From positions 1,400,203-1,464,202 of the forward strand of contig JBJBEO010000001.1 in NCBI GenBank assembly GCA_047284725.1: 64,000 nucleotides of DNA, in the 5' to 3' direction. This DNA comes from Synechococcus sp. (GTDB taxonomy: Bacteria > Cyanobacteriota > Cyanobacteriia > PCC-6307 > Cyanobiaceae). The notes beneath the pieces are model-generated. The model worked only from the letters and a program-made list of their open reading frames with translations, did not search any database and was not told the origin of the DNA. Position 1 is the stretch's first letter. Each line of letters starts with the position of its first letter. Positions 35,089 through 46,202 of the stretch are shown here, in pieces. Position numbers and translations under genes: made by a program.

Positions 35089-36648
35089 ATGGCCCTGTTC
35101 CGCTCCGGCCCGGCGACCCGTGATCTGCGCGGCTTCCTCAAGGTTCTGGAAGACAAAGGACAACTCCGCCGGATCAGCGCCCGGGTCAACCCCGATCTGG
35201 AGCTCGCCGCCATTGCCGACCGAGTGCTCGCCATGGGAGGCCCGGCTCTGCTGTTTGAAAACGTGATCGGGTCGTCGATGCCCGTTGCCGTGAACCTGCT
35301 GGGCACGGTGGAGCGGGTGGTGTGGAGCATGGGCCTCGAGCGGGCCGAACAGCTCGAGGAGCTGGGTGGTCGGCTGGCCCTGCTTCAACAACCAAAACCT
35401 CCAAAAGGGCTGGAGGAGACCAAGGCCTTTGCCAGGGTGTTCTGGGATTTGATTAAAGCGGTTCCAGACCGCGATCTCACTCCACCCTGTCGTCAGCAGG
35501 TGTGGATGGGGGATGACGTCAACCTCGATGCCCTGCCGCTGATCCGCCCCTGGCCGGGAGACGCCGGCGGCGTGATCACCCTTGGCTTGGTGATTACAAA
35601 AGACCCGGAGACCGGGGTGCCCAACGTGGGGGTGTACCGGCTGCAAAAGCAGTCGATCAACACCATGACGGTGCACTGGCTGAGCGTCCGCGGCGGAGCA
35701 CGCCATCTGCGTAAGGCGGCAGCCATGGGCAAAAAACTGGAGGTGGCCGTCGCTATAGGCGTTCACCCCCTGCTGGTGATGGCGGCCGCAACCCCGATCC
35801 CGGTGCAGCTGAGCGAATGGCTGTTTGCAGGTCTCTACGCCGGTGAAGGCGTGCGACTGGCGCCCTGTAAAACCCTGGATCTCAAGGTGCCCAGCCACAG
35901 CGAAATCGTGCTGGAAGGAACCATCACACCAGGAGAGGTGCTGCCCGATGGCCCCTTCGGCGACCACATGGGGTTCTACGGAAATGTGGAGGATTCTCCG
36001 CTCGTGCGGTTCCACTGCATCACCCAGCGCCGCGAACCGATCATGCTCACCACCTTCAGCGGCAGACCCCCCAAGGAGGAAGCCATGCTGGCCATCGCCC
36101 TGAACCGGATTTACACTCCGATCCTGCGCCAGCAGATCCCTGAGATCAAAGACTTCTTCCTACCGATGGAAGCTCTCAGCTACAAGCTGGCGGTGATTTC
36201 GATCGACAAGGCCTATCCCGGTCAGGCCAAACGCGCTGCCATGGCGTTCTGGAGTGCCTTGCCACAGTTCACCTACACCAAATTCGTGGTGGTGGTTGAT
36301 CAACACATCAATGTCCGTGATCCCCGCCAGGTGGTGTGGGCAATTGCCGGCCAGGTGGATCCCCAGCGCGATCTCTTCGTCCTGGAGAACACCCCGTTCG
36401 ACACCCTTGACTTCGCCAGTGAGCAACTGGGGCTGGGGGGGCGGATGGCCATCGATGCCACCACGAAAATCGGACCAGAAAAGAACCATGAATGGGGTGA
36501 ACCCCTGCGTCGCCCCGCCGAACTGGAACAACAAGTCAGCGATCGCATAGAAGAGCTGGGACTGAGCGACCTCGCTGGCCAGGAACCCGACCCAGCACTC
36601 TTCGGTTACGTGCTGGAGTCCCTGATCCAAAAGGCCGGAAGGGGCTGA
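35089..36648 (+). CDS. ubiD: UbiD-family decarboxylase
   Basis: GPALLFEN, NVGVYRLQ, GPFGDH.GFY, GRPPKEE, IDATTK. Confidence 0.93.
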   Translation: MALFRSGPATRDLRGFLKVLEDKGQLRRISARVNPDLELAAIADRVLAMGGPALLFENVIGSSMPVAVNLLGTVERVVWSMGLERAEQLEELGGRLALLQQPKPPKGLEETKAFARVFWDLIKAVPDRDLTPPCRQQVWMGDDVNLDALPLIRPWPGDAGGVITLGLVITKDPETGVPNVGVYRLQKQSINTMTVHWLSVRGGARHLRKAAAMGKKLEVAVAIGVHPLLVMAAATPIPVQLSEWLFAGLYAGEGVRLAPCKTLDLKVPSHSEIVLEGTITPGEVLPDGPFGDHMGFYGNVEDSPLVRFHCITQRREPIMLTTFSGRPPKEEAMLAIALNRIYTPILRQQIPEIKDFFLPMEALSYKLAVISIDKAYPGQAKRAAMAFWSALPQFTYTKFVVVVDQHINVRDPRQVVWAIAGQVDPQRDLFVLENTPFDTLDFASEQLGLGGRMAIDATTKIGPEKNHEWGEPLRRPAELEQQVSDRIEELGLSDLAGQEPDPALFGYVLESLIQKAGRG

Positions 36649-36695
36649 GTCAACGACCCATAGGATCGGTCGCATTCCAAGGCGACTGATTGCAC

Positions 36696-38015
36696 GTGTC
36701 CGGAACGAATGGCGCTCCCCGGGAACTGAAGGCCGGCGGCGGATTGACCGGACAGGTTCGGGTGCCGGGGGACAAATCGATTTCCCACCGAGCGCTTTTG
36801 TTCGGAGCCATCGCGGAAGGCACCACGACGATTGAAGGGCTGCTCCCAGCTGAGGATCCGATCAGCACTGCAGCCTGCCTGCGTGCCATGGGCGCCACGA
36901 TCAGTCCTGTTGATGATGGACGCGTGATCACCGTGGAGGGGGTCGGTCTCGATGGTTTGCAGGAACCTGGAGAAGTGCTCGATTGCGGCAATTCCGGCAC
37001 CACGATGCGGTTGATGTTGGGGCTGCTGGCAGGGCGAGAAGGTCGCCATTTCGTGCTCAGTGGCGATGCCTCCCTGCGCCGCCGACCCATGCAACGCGTT
37101 GGCCAACCGCTTTCCTTGATGGGAGCGGAGGTGCGCGGCCGCAACGGCGGCAACCTGGCGCCTCTGGCGGTGCAGGGCCGGAAACTGCGCGGGGCCGTGG
37201 TGGGGACCCCCGTGGCCAGTGCCCAGGTCAAATCGGCGCTGCTCTTGGCAGCCCTCACGGCAGACGGTCCCACCACCGTGATCGAGCCGGCCCACTCCCG
37301 CGATCACAGCGAGCGGATGCTGAAGGCCTTTGGTGCCGATCTCGAGGTCGGCGGTGAAATGGGTCGTCACATCAACGTCAGACCAGGGGCCACACTGACC
37401 GGTCAGCATGTGGTGGTGCCCGGTGACATCAGCTCAGCGGCCTTCTGGCTGGTGGCTGGTGCGCTCGTCCCTGGGGCCGATCTCACCATTGAGAACGTGG
37501 GGCTGAATCCCACCCGTACAGGCGTGCTCGAGGTCCTGGAGCAGATGGGGGCAAGGATCGATGTGCTCAATCGCCGTGATGTGGCCGGTGAACCGGTAGG
37601 CGATCTCAGGGTCATCCATGGCCCCCTGAAGCCCTTCCAATTCGGCGAGGAGGTGATGCCACGCCTGGTGGACGAGGTGCCGATCCTGAGCGTGGCCGCG
37701 TGTTTCTGCGATGGCGAAAGCCGCATCCGTGGCGCCGAAGAACTGCGCGTGAAAGAAACCGATCGACTGGCGGTGATGGCGCGGCAGCTGAAAGCCATGG
37801 GTGCTGACATCGAAGAGCATCCCGACGGTTTGACGATTCGCGGTGGGCGCCCTCTCAAGGGGGCTGCCCTCGACAGCGAGACCGATCACCGCGTCGCCAT
37901 GAGCCTGGCCATCGCAGCGATGCTGGCCGAGGGAGACTCCACCCTGGCGCGCAGTGACGCTGCTGCTGTGAGCTACCCCACCTTCTGGGATGAACTCGAA
38001 AGGCTGCGCAGCTGA
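36696..38015 (+). CDS. aroA: EPSP synthase
   Basis: [36 protein letters not shown]; start at 36690 or 36696. Confidence 0.97.
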   Translation: MSGTNGAPRELKAGGGLTGQVRVPGDKSISHRALLFGAIAEGTTTIEGLLPAEDPISTAACLRAMGATISPVDDGRVITVEGVGLDGLQEPGEVLDCGNSGTTMRLMLGLLAGREGRHFVLSGDASLRRRPMQRVGQPLSLMGAEVRGRNGGNLAPLAVQGRKLRGAVVGTPVASAQVKSALLLAALTADGPTTVIEPAHSRDHSERMLKAFGADLEVGGEMGRHINVRPGATLTGQHVVVPGDISSAAFWLVAGALVPGADLTIENVGLNPTRTGVLEVLEQMGARIDVLNRRDVAGEPVGDLRVIHGPLKPFQFGEEVMPRLVDEVPILSVAACFCDGESRIRGAEELRVKETDRLAVMARQLKAMGADIEEHPDGLTIRGGRPLKGAALDSETDHRVAMSLAIAAMLAEGDSTLARSDAAAVSYPTFWDELERLRS

Positions 38016-38955
38016 TCAGCCTGCGGCAGGCCATCCGCTCGGCAAGCTGACGCCATTGGCGACAGCCGACGGAAGCTTCAGCCTCCACAGCGACCTGTTT
38101 GCAGAGGCCTTCCACTGCTCCGCTGGAGCGCTGGGTGAAGCCAAGGCCAAATTCGTGGCACCCGCGCAACTGGAACGTTTTGGGTCCCGTGGAGGCCTGC
38201 GGGTCCTCGATGTCTGCGTGGGCTTGGGGTACAACAGCGCTGCGCTGATGGAAGTCCTGAGGGACGTCCCTTCTCTGTCCTTTCAGTGGTGGGGCCTGGA
38301 ACTGGATCCCAGGCCACTTCGCCTTGCCCTCGGCCATGAAGAGTTTGTACGGCTCTGGTCTGAACCCGTGCTCCATCGCCTGGAAGCACTCCGTGATCGA
38401 GGCGGTTGGAACGACCAGACCGGCAGCGGACAGATGCTCTGGGGCGATGCCCGCGAGCAGCTGAAAGCACTCCGCCACGGCCCCCCAGTGGACCTGGTGC
38501 TGATGGATGCATTTTCTCCCAACCGTTGCCCGGAGCTCTGGAGCGAGGAATTTCTGCACGGCCTGGCAGAACAACTGGCCCCGGGGGGACGCCTGCTCAC
38601 CTACTCGAGGGCGGCAGCGGTACGAGGCAGCCTTCGGAGAGCCGGCTTGGATCTTCGCTCACTTCTGCCCGCCCCCGGACAACGCAAGGAATGGAGCTCG
38701 GGAACTCTGGCCAGCCGTCCCGATCCCCAGCAACCCCTGGCCGAGCAGGGCCCCGGTTGGACCCCCCTAAGCCCAATGGAGGAAGACCACCTGCTCACCC
38801 GCGCGTCGGTGCCCTATCGGGATCTTGGGGGGAATGACTCTGCGGCGGAGATCAAGCAACGACGGGAGCAGGAGCAACAACACTGCGACCTGATCAGTAC
38901 AAGCAGCTGGCAACGCCTCTGGAGGCAACGAGGTCATGAGATCGGATCATCATGA
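37990..38955 (+). CDS. MnmC-like SAM-dependent methyltransferase
   Basis: [33 protein letters not shown]; start uncertain. Confidence 0.8.
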   Translation: MNSKGCAADQPAAGHPLGKLTPLATADGSFSLHSDLFAEAFHCSAGALGEAKAKFVAPAQLERFGSRGGLRVLDVCVGLGYNSAALMEVLRDVPSLSFQWWGLELDPRPLRLALGHEEFVRLWSEPVLHRLEALRDRGGWNDQTGSGQMLWGDAREQLKALRHGPPVDLVLMDAFSPNRCPELWSEEFLHGLAEQLAPGGRLLTYSRAAAVRGSLRRAGLDLRSLLPAPGQRKEWSSGTLASRPDPQQPLAEQGPGWTPLSPMEEDHLLTRASVPYRDLGGNDSAAEIKQRREQEQQHCDLISTSSWQRLWRQRGHEIGSS

Positions 38956-39025
38956 AACGGAGCTCGTCCGGTTCGATCCCACAGCGGACTCCCGGTAGAT
39001 TCCGGCCAACCGTTTCAGCAGCCTC

Positions 39026-40366
39026 ATGCTCGCCGTTGCCGTCCTGGCCGCCGGAAAAGGCACCCGCATGAAGAGCGCTCTTCCAAAAGTGCTCCAGCCG
39101 CTCGCTGGTGCAACGCTGGTGGAACGAGTGCTGGACAGTGCTCGCAACCTCAACCCCGACAGGCGACTGCTGATTGTGGGTCACCAGGCCGAGAGGGTCG
39201 AGCAACAGCTCAGCAGCGTGGATGGTCTGGAGTTCGTGCTGCAACAACCCCAGAACGGCACAGGTCATGCCGTGCAGCAACTGATGCCCGCCCTTGAGGG
39301 CTTCGAAGGCGAACTGCTGGTACTCAATGGGGATGTACCCCTTTTACGGGCTGAAACCATTGATGAACTCGTGCAGACCCATCGCAACAGCGGTGCTGAA
39401 GTCACCCTGCTGACCGCACGGCTCAATGATCCCACCGGCTACGGCCGGGTGTTCGCCGATGCCTCCGGGCAGGTGAGCGGCGTCATCGAGCACCGCGACT
39501 GCAGCGACGAACAACGCAGCAACAACCTCACCAACGCGGGGATCTATTGCTTCAACTGGAGCAAACTGGCGGCCACTCTGCCGAAACTGAGCACTGACAA
39601 CGACCAAGGGGAGCTCTATCTCACCGATACCGTGGCCATGCTGGACAAGGCGATGCACGTGGAGGTGGCCGATCCGGATGAGGTCAACGGCATCAACAAC
39701 CGCAAGCAACTGGCCCAGTGCGAAGCGGTGCTGCAGGAGCGGCTCCGGGATCACTGGATGAACGAGGGGGTGACCTTTGTGGATCCCTCCAGCTGCACCC
39801 TGAGCGAACACTGCAGCTTCGGCCGTGACGTGGTGATCGAACCGCAGACCCATCTGCGTGGCACCTGCAGCATTGGGGATGGCTGCCGCATCGGCCCAGG
39901 CTCCATGCTCGAAAACGCAAGCCTGGGCAAGGAGGTGACCGTGCTGCTTTCCGTGGTGTGCCAAGCCCGGGTAGGTGATGGGGTGGCGATCGGCCCCTAC
40001 GCCCACCTGAGGCCAGGCGCAGACATCGGCGATCACTGCCGCATCGGCAACTTTGTTGAGGTGAAGAAGAGTCGCATCGGCTCCGGCAGCAAAGTGAATC
40101 ACCTCAGCTACATCGGAGATGCACAACTCGGCAGCAACGTGAATGTGGGCGCAGGAACGATCACTGCTAACTACGACGGTGTGAATAAACACCCCACAGT
40201 GATCGGTAATGACAGCAAAACCGGTGCCAACTCGGTCCTGGTTGCTCCAGTCACCTTGGGCAGCAACGTGACGATCGGCGCAGGTTCAACGATCACCAAA
40301 AATGTGCCGGATCAGGCATTGGCACTTGGTCGAGCCAAGCAATTCATGAAAGAAAACTGGAACTGA
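39026..40366 (+). CDS. glmU: Bifunctional UDP-GlcNAc pyrophosphorylase/acetyltransferase
   Basis: [17 protein letters not shown], hexapeptide repeats, GNFVEVK, NYDG. Confidence 0.97.
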   Translation: MLAVAVLAAGKGTRMKSALPKVLQPLAGATLVERVLDSARNLNPDRRLLIVGHQAERVEQQLSSVDGLEFVLQQPQNGTGHAVQQLMPALEGFEGELLVLNGDVPLLRAETIDELVQTHRNSGAEVTLLTARLNDPTGYGRVFADASGQVSGVIEHRDCSDEQRSNNLTNAGIYCFNWSKLAATLPKLSTDNDQGELYLTDTVAMLDKAMHVEVADPDEVNGINNRKQLAQCEAVLQERLRDHWMNEGVTFVDPSSCTLSEHCSFGRDVVIEPQTHLRGTCSIGDGCRIGPGSMLENASLGKEVTVLLSVVCQARVGDGVAIGPYAHLRPGADIGDHCRIGNFVEVKKSRIGSGSKVNHLSYIGDAQLGSNVNVGAGTITANYDGVNKHPTVIGNDSKTGANSVLVAPVTLGSNVTIGAGSTITKNVPDQALALGRAKQFMKENWN

Positions 40367-40444
40367 ATCATCAGATTCTTTTCATCCCTATGCGCTGGCC
40401 ATCGCCGGGGAGTGTGGGAATTTGAGGGCGTCGCCGATCGAGCA

Positions 40445-40639
40445 ATGACGAACCACAAGCGGTACACGGTTCGCTATCGCGACGCCAACAGCAACTCGCG
40501 CGAGTGCTGTTACTACGCTAGTGATGCCTACGAGGCCCGCGTGCTTGCGATGGAATCCGTGCGTTACATCCACGACCATCCACACGCCATTGACCTCATT
40601 CGTTGTGAGGGCAGCCAGCGCATTCATCGCGTGGCTTGA
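40445..40639 (+). CDS. Small hypothetical protein (MTNHKRYTVRYRD...)
   Basis: ATG ORF of 64 aa. Confidence 0.6.
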   Translation: MTNHKRYTVRYRDANSNSRECCYYASDAYEARVLAMESVRYIHDHPHAIDLIRCEGSQRIHRVA

Positions 40640-41856
40640 AGCATGGCTTCAGGGGTTGCGGCGGTGGTGCGATCGAGCCCGGCGCTTGCCAGATCGTCCG
40701 GCAAGCGAGCGGCACAGCTTTGCAAGCGCGACCAACTGGGTAGCTGAATCGCCATCGGGTCCGCCAGAAACGACTGCACACCTGGGCGAATCAAATTGGC
40801 GAAGTCTTGGACAGCCAACTCTTCACCATGGCGGTTGTAGGGCAAGTTATTGACGGCTGAATCCAGGGCGAACTGCCGGATACGGTCTTCACCGACCCGC
40901 CGGAACAACACTTCAAGGGTTGCCACCTGTTCGGGGGGAATGGTGCATCCCTGATGCTCCATCAACCCCCGCAACACACTGGCAAGGATCTCAGAACACA
41001 TCCGCTGCAAACCCTCGCGCGGGGAATCACCCAGCTGTTTGTGCTTGTGGTCAAACAAACCCAGATCCACCTGCGCAATCCGGCTCAACGCCACGTGACG
41101 ATGCACCTCGGACAGCAAACCAATCTCGAGGCCCCAGTCGCAGGGGATCCGCAGGTTCACCGCGAGATCGCGCGTAAAAGCGAATTCACCGGCCAGGGGA
41201 TAGCGAAACGCCTGGAGATAACGCAGATAGTTGCTTTCGCCCATCAACTGGGAGAGAGCCGTGAGCAATGGACCAACGAACAATCGCGTGCCTCGCCCCT
41301 GCAGAGCATGGGTTTCCAGTGACAACCGGCTGTAGAACGCCTTCACATAGGCCACACCGCTGGAGGGAAGCAGCAGCGGCAACAACATCCGCTGCGGATA
41401 GGCGGGGCTGAAGGTTCGGATATCGGCATCAAAGAGCGCTACCACTTCAGCGCTGCGGATCGCCACACCGAGGCCCTGCCAGACAGCCCAACCTTTGCCT
41501 GGAGGGCCCATCAGATCCAGGCCCTGCTCGGTGAACCCCTGGAGAAGCTCCTTCACCGACGGTGCATTGGTCCATTGCACATGCACGGGAAACGGCATGT
41601 CTGCAAAGAACGCTTCCGCCTGACGCACCTCTTCCACACTGCTCGCCGACAGGGCGATCACCAGCTGATGGAGACCTGTGAGTTCCTGAAGAACCGAACG
41701 GATCAAGGCGAGGGCAGGACGCCTGAACTCCTCCATCAGGCAGGGGATCAGGAGTGTTGTCGGCCGTTGGCGCAGGCCACGGTGCAGCAAGGCTGGGTCT
41801 TGCAACCCCAGGCCGTAGTCGTGAATGGTGGTGATCAGGTCCTGCTGGAAGTCCAT
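40624..41856 (-). CDS. gpgS: Glucosyl-3-phosphoglycerate synthase
   Basis: MDFQQ..ITTIH start, GKGWAVW, DADI, YPLAGEF, DWGLEIG, DHKH; clustered with GH13 and HAD-IIB genes. Confidence 0.85.
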   Translation of the reverse strand: MDFQQDLITTIHDYGLGLQDPALLHRGLRQRPTTLLIPCLMEEFRRPALALIRSVLQELTGLHQLVIALSASSVEEVRQAEAFFADMPFPVHVQWTNAPSVKELLQGFTEQGLDLMGPPGKGWAVWQGLGVAIRSAEVVALFDADIRTFSPAYPQRMLLPLLLPSSGVAYVKAFYSRLSLETHALQGRGTRLFVGPLLTALSQLMGESNYLRYLQAFRYPLAGEFAFTRDLAVNLRIPCDWGLEIGLLSEVHRHVALSRIAQVDLGLFDHKHKQLGDSPREGLQRMCSEILASVLRGLMEHQGCTIPPEQVATLEVLFRRVGEDRIRQFALDSAVNNLPYNRHGEELAVQDFANLIRPGVQSFLADPMAIQLPSWSRLQSCAARLPDDLASAGLDRTTAATPEAMLQATR

Positions 41857-41925
41857 TCCGTGATCAGTGCGACAACATGACGGCATCGACACCCCGCACC
41901 CTGGCGTTGCGTTGGCTGAACATGG

Positions 41926-43638
41926 GTGGTGGAACGTGAGCAAGACATGCGTTTGGGAGCACTGCTCAACAGGTGGCGATACGGAGAGGATCGGGAGCGA
42001 ATTGAATTTCTGACGTCGCAATTGCTGCAGTTTGTGCAGACCGGCACCAATGCGACCCCAGACGCATCCCTCTGGGACGGCTCCACTTGCGTGTTGATCA
42101 CCTATGGCGATGCGATCCAAAACCCCGACGAAGCAGGGCTTCTGACCCTGCGGCACTTCCTTGACCGCCACTTCGGGGCACTCGCTGGCACGGTGCATGT
42201 GCTGCCTTTCTTGAGAGCCAGCAGTGACGGAGGCTTTGCTGTGGCCAGCCACGATCATCTGGCAGAGCACTTGGGCAGTTGGGACGACCTCAAGGCCCTC
42301 GGCCAGGGGCGTCGGCTGATGGCCGATCTGGTTCTGAACCACGTCTCCGCCGCCCATCCCTGGGTGCAGCAATTTCGCCAGGGAGAAGCACCCGGGGTGG
42401 AGTGCGTGCTGGCCCCCGACCCCACCGACGACTGGTCTCAGGTGGTGCGCCCCCGCAGCACAAGTTTGTTCACTGCGCTTCAAACCGAAACCGGACTGAG
42501 GCCGGTGTGGACCACCTTCGGGCCGGATCAGATCGACGTGAACTGGCACTGCGATGCCGTTCTGGTCGCCTATGCCGCATTGGTGAACCGGATGGTGGCT
42601 CACGGTGTGGGATGGCTGCGCCTGGATGCCGTTGGTTACGTGTGGAAAGAGGAAGGCACCACCTGCATTCACCACCCCCGCGCCCACCTGTTGGTGAAAG
42701 TGCTGCGTGCCCTGCTCGAGAGCATGGATCCCCAGGGGGTGGTGGTCACCGAGACGAATGTGCCTGAGCGGGAAAACCTCTCGTATCTCACGCCAGGAGA
42801 TGAGGCCCATCTGGCCTACAACTTCCCTCTTCCTCCCTTGCTCCTTGATGCCGTCTTGCGCGAGAAGGCCGATCTGCTCAACAGCTGGTTGAACCGCTGG
42901 CCCACCCTCCCCGACTCAACCAACCTGCTGAACTTCAGCGCCAGCCATGACGGCGTCGGTCTGCGGCCTTTGGAGGGATTGATGGACGAGGAACGCCTGT
43001 CACAGCTGCTGGAGCAATGCGAGCTCAGGGGAGGTCTGGTGAGTCACCGACGCCTCAGTGATGGACGCGATCAGCCCTATGAACTGAACATCAGCTGGTG
43101 GGCGGCGATGGCAGACGGAGGGCGGGATCCCCGACATCTGCAACGCGAACGGTTCCTGCTCAGTCAGTTACTGGTGATGGCTCTGCCAGGGATTCCTGCG
43201 TTGTACCTTCCCACCGTTCTCGCTTCGGGCAATGACGCGGCCACCTTTCGCCGCAGCGGCCATCGCCGTGATCTCAACCGCGAACGCTTCAGTGCTGCGT
43301 CGTTAGAGCGACAACTGCAGGATCCCGACAGTGATGCAAGCCACAACCTCCAGTGGCTGCAACACGCCATGGCGGTTCGTGCCTCCCTGCCCGCCTTCCA
43401 CCCCGATGCTGCGATGCAATGCCTCAGTGGACGGCAATCGGATCGCGTCATCCTGCAACGCGGCGACGGCGTATCGAAGCTTTGGGCTGTGCATAACGTC
43501 ACCGCCAATCGCATCAACCTCGACCTGCGCACCCTCGCCAATCGAAGCCAATGGTGCGATCGTCTCCGGGATCAGGCCGACGTCCCGACCCGGCTCACCC
43601 TCGCCCCCTTCGCCGTGCACTGGCTTCAACCATGCTGA
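41926..43638 (+). CDS. GH13 sucrose-phosphorylase-like enzyme (probable glucosylglycerate phosphorylase)
   Basis: LITYGD, HVLPF..SSDGGF, DLVLNH, WTTF...QID, RLDAVGY.WK, SHDGVG, YELN. Confidence 0.88.
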   Translation: MVEREQDMRLGALLNRWRYGEDRERIEFLTSQLLQFVQTGTNATPDASLWDGSTCVLITYGDAIQNPDEAGLLTLRHFLDRHFGALAGTVHVLPFLRASSDGGFAVASHDHLAEHLGSWDDLKALGQGRRLMADLVLNHVSAAHPWVQQFRQGEAPGVECVLAPDPTDDWSQVVRPRSTSLFTALQTETGLRPVWTTFGPDQIDVNWHCDAVLVAYAALVNRMVAHGVGWLRLDAVGYVWKEEGTTCIHHPRAHLLVKVLRALLESMDPQGVVVTETNVPERENLSYLTPGDEAHLAYNFPLPPLLLDAVLREKADLLNSWLNRWPTLPDSTNLLNFSASHDGVGLRPLEGLMDEERLSQLLEQCELRGGLVSHRRLSDGRDQPYELNISWWAAMADGGRDPRHLQRERFLLSQLLVMALPGIPALYLPTVLASGNDAATFRRSGHRRDLNRERFSAASLERQLQDPDSDASHNLQWLQHAMAVRASLPAFHPDAAMQCLSGRQSDRVILQRGDGVSKLWAVHNVTANRINLDLRTLANRSQWCDRLRDQADVPTRLTLAPFAVHWLQPC

Positions 43639-44483
43639 CCCAGCCGTCTGACTCATCCACCAATCTCTGGGTCGTGACCGACCTCGATGGCACGCTGCTG
43701 GATCATCATTACTGCTGGGATGCAGCCAAACCGACCCTGGACTGGTTGAGGCAATTGGGCATCCCCGTCATTCCCTGCACAAGCAAAACAGCGGAAGAAG
43801 TAAGGCAATTCTGTGTTGATGCCCACCTCACTGGACCCTTCATCGTCGAAAACGGCGGAGCCGTGCATGGCGGCATTGCCGACAGCAGCTGGAAGCACGG
43901 TCTTGGTGCTCCCCATGGACAATTGCGCCAACAGCTCAACACCCTGTCGGACCACGTCGGCGAAGCACTGATTGCCCTTGAAGATCTCTCTGCGCAACAA
44001 GTGATGGAACTCACAGGCCTGGCGAAGGATGCCGTTGGTCCCGCGCAGCGGAGAGAGTGGAGTGTGCCCTTCCTCAACGCTCCCGAACGCCTGCACGCAG
44101 ACCTCCAGCGACACGCCACTGCACTGGGACTCACGGTGGTGCAAGGCAATCGAATGAGTCATCTGCTCCAGGCAGGAACGAGCAAAGGCCACGCCGTCGC
44201 CAGCCTCAAAGCCCTGCTTGATCAACCCAACGTGCAGGTGCTTGCCCTGGGCGACTCCCCCAATGATGAGTCTCTGCTCCGCGCTGGTGACATCAGCGTG
44301 GTGGTGCCAGGCCCAAGCGGCCCGCACCCTCACTTTGCCGACGACATTGCCCATGGACGCTTGAAGCTCGCACCGGCCCCCCATGCCAGCGGCTGGGCCT
44401 GCAGCGTGTTGACTGCCGTCAAGGCACGAGTGTCTGCAGAGCTGGCAGCAACCGCTCCAGAGCCACCCCTCGACTGGCCTTGA
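43632..44483 (+). CDS. gpgP: Glucosyl/mannosyl-3-phosphoglycerate phosphatase (HAD-IIB)
   Basis: TDLDGTLLD, TSKT, ENGG, SKG, GDSPND. Confidence 0.85.
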   Translation: MLTQPSDSSTNLWVVTDLDGTLLDHHYCWDAAKPTLDWLRQLGIPVIPCTSKTAEEVRQFCVDAHLTGPFIVENGGAVHGGIADSSWKHGLGAPHGQLRQQLNTLSDHVGEALIALEDLSAQQVMELTGLAKDAVGPAQRREWSVPFLNAPERLHADLQRHATALGLTVVQGNRMSHLLQAGTSKGHAVASLKALLDQPNVQVLALGDSPNDESLLRAGDISVVVPGPSGPHPHFADDIAHGRLKLAPAPHASGWACSVLTAVKARVSAELAATAPEPPLDWP

Positions 44484-45807
44484 GCAAGACACAATCACCT
44501 GAACGCAGCCAGTCGGCAAGGGGAGCCGCTGCCTGCTCAGGCTCAGACACCAGGGCGAACTGAGCCATCGGCGACCCTGCGCGAGCCATCGCCTCGGCCT
44601 CAACACCCGTGGCAACGGCCACCACACCTTCCAAACCGAGGGCGGCCGCCCTCTCCACCACCCTGCGGTGCAGATCGGCGCTGTCGGCACCCAGCTCCAA
44701 CATCGTGCCGAGCACCGCAAAGCGACGACCCGGTTGCTGGCCCAGCAGCTCGAGAGCAGCGAACACCGCCTCCGGTGAAGCGTTGTACGTCTCATCCAGC
44801 ACCGTGAGTCCTCCAAGCTGGAGTCGACGATTACGACCACCGGGCACCTTCACCACAAGGCTCGACAGGCTGTCCATCCCAACGCCCAATTCCTCGGCAA
44901 CGGCACGGGCAAGCAACCAGTTACGGGCATTGTGACGACCCTCAAGGGGCATGCGGTAACGACGGTTCTGGAGCGAAAGAAGGCCGGAGCCCACGTCCAG
45001 TTGGCCCAGGTCATCCGCCATCGAAGCGGACACCTCCCCTTCAAGCCCCACCCGATGCACCCTGCCGTTCCAGACAGCCGACAACGCGGCTTCGAGAAGA
45101 GGATCTCCGGCTGGAATGACCACCAAACCGTCGGGTTTGAGCGCAGAGGTGATCTCACATTTGGCGGCGGCGATCGCCTCGCGGCTGCCAAGGCGACCGA
45201 TATGGGCGGTGCCGATATTGGTGATCACAGCCAGATCGGGTTCAGCACAGCGCGACAGACGCTCAATTTCCCCAGGGCCACGCATGCCCATCTCCACCAC
45301 CACGGCGGCATGACCACTCCCTGCTCCGAGCAGAGTGAGCGGAACACCGATATCATTATTGTTATTGTTAGAACTGGCCTGAATCAGGCCAAGGGGCGCA
45401 AGCGCTGCGCGAATCAGCTCCCGAGTGGTGGTTTTCCCTGCCGACCCCGTGACGGCAACGACAGGTCGAGCCAACGCATGCCGATGCAGGTTGGCGAGTG
45501 CCTGGTAGGCCTGCGTTGTGTCATCGACTCTCCAGTGAAGCAACCTCCCCGGCACTGGCCGGTCTGAATCCCTGGCCACCAAAGCGGCCTGGGCACCCAG
45601 ACGCTCGGCATCAGCCAGAAAGGCATGGCCATCAAACTGCTCGCCCACCAGAGGAACAAACAGCGCGCCGGCTTGCAAGCGACGGCTATCGGTGCAGATC
45701 GGTCCCAGCGGTTGGTTCTGCCACGGTCCGCTGAACCCAGAAGGATCTCCGACCGGATCCCCCCAGAGCTGCACCAACTGGCCAAGGTTCAACACGAAGG
45801 CTGGCAA
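44419..45807 (-). CDS. murF: UDP-MurNAc-tripeptide:D-Ala-D-Ala ligase
   Basis: DSR, TGSAGKTTT, EMGM, DETYNASP, LLKASRG. Confidence 0.95.
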   Translation of the reverse strand: MPAFVLNLGQLVQLWGDPVGDPSGFSGPWQNQPLGPICTDSRRLQAGALFVPLVGEQFDGHAFLADAERLGAQAALVARDSDRPVPGRLLHWRVDDTTQAYQALANLHRHALARPVVAVTGSAGKTTTRELIRAALAPLGLIQASSNNNNNDIGVPLTLLGAGSGHAAVVVEMGMRGPGEIERLSRCAEPDLAVITNIGTAHIGRLGSREAIAAAKCEITSALKPDGLVVIPAGDPLLEAALSAVWNGRVHRVGLEGEVSASMADDLGQLDVGSGLLSLQNRRYRMPLEGRHNARNWLLARAVAEELGVGMDSLSSLVVKVPGGRNRRLQLGGLTVLDETYNASPEAVFAALELLGQQPGRRFAVLGTMLELGADSADLHRRVVERAAALGLEGVVAVATGVEAEAMARAGSPMAQFALVSEPEQAAAPLADWLRSGDCVLLKASRGVALERLLPALQTLVP

Positions 45808-45903
45808 TCACAGTGAACTGATCATGCCGTTGTTGCTTCAAAGACAACAGAGGCGGACGAACGGGTTAGTGTCCGAGCACCTCAAGACAGGAGATGGCTG
45901 CGG

Positions 45904-46164
45904 ATGACTCGGAAGCGGAATTGGATCGGGTTCAGCACCCTTGTCATTTCACTGCTGTCGGCACCCGCCGCTCAAGCCCAGAGAGAAATTCCCAAGGCTC
46001 CGGGCCACGAGCAATGCCCACTTGGGTACGTGAACACATTGGGCACCACCTGTGTGTCGCCGATTTACTACGAAGTCGCACCCACCAACGGCAAGGCGTG
46101 CCTCAGTGGCTGGATGAATATCGGAGCTGGCTACTGCAAGAAAAAAACGCTCGGCATCTTCTGA
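45904..46164 (+). CDS. Small secreted protein with four Cys
   Basis: Signal peptide ending AQA, then CPLGY...CVSP...CLSGW...GYC. Confidence 0.7.
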   Translation: MTRKRNWIGFSTLVISLLSAPAAQAQREIPKAPGHEQCPLGYVNTLGTTCVSPIYYEVAPTNGKACLSGWMNIGAGYCKKKTLGIF

Positions 46165-46202
46165 GTCGGCTCCCCCAGAACGGGCGGAGGTCGAGGTGGT
46201 GC

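Noticed and set aside
40624..42810. 728-aa extended GpgS
   Set aside because: The extra N-terminus is antisense to the GH13 gene; the recognisable start is MDFQQ at 41856.
44419..44483. Convergent 3' overlap of gpgP and murF
   Set aside because: Short tail-to-tail overlaps are common in compact genomes; nothing suggests a special function.
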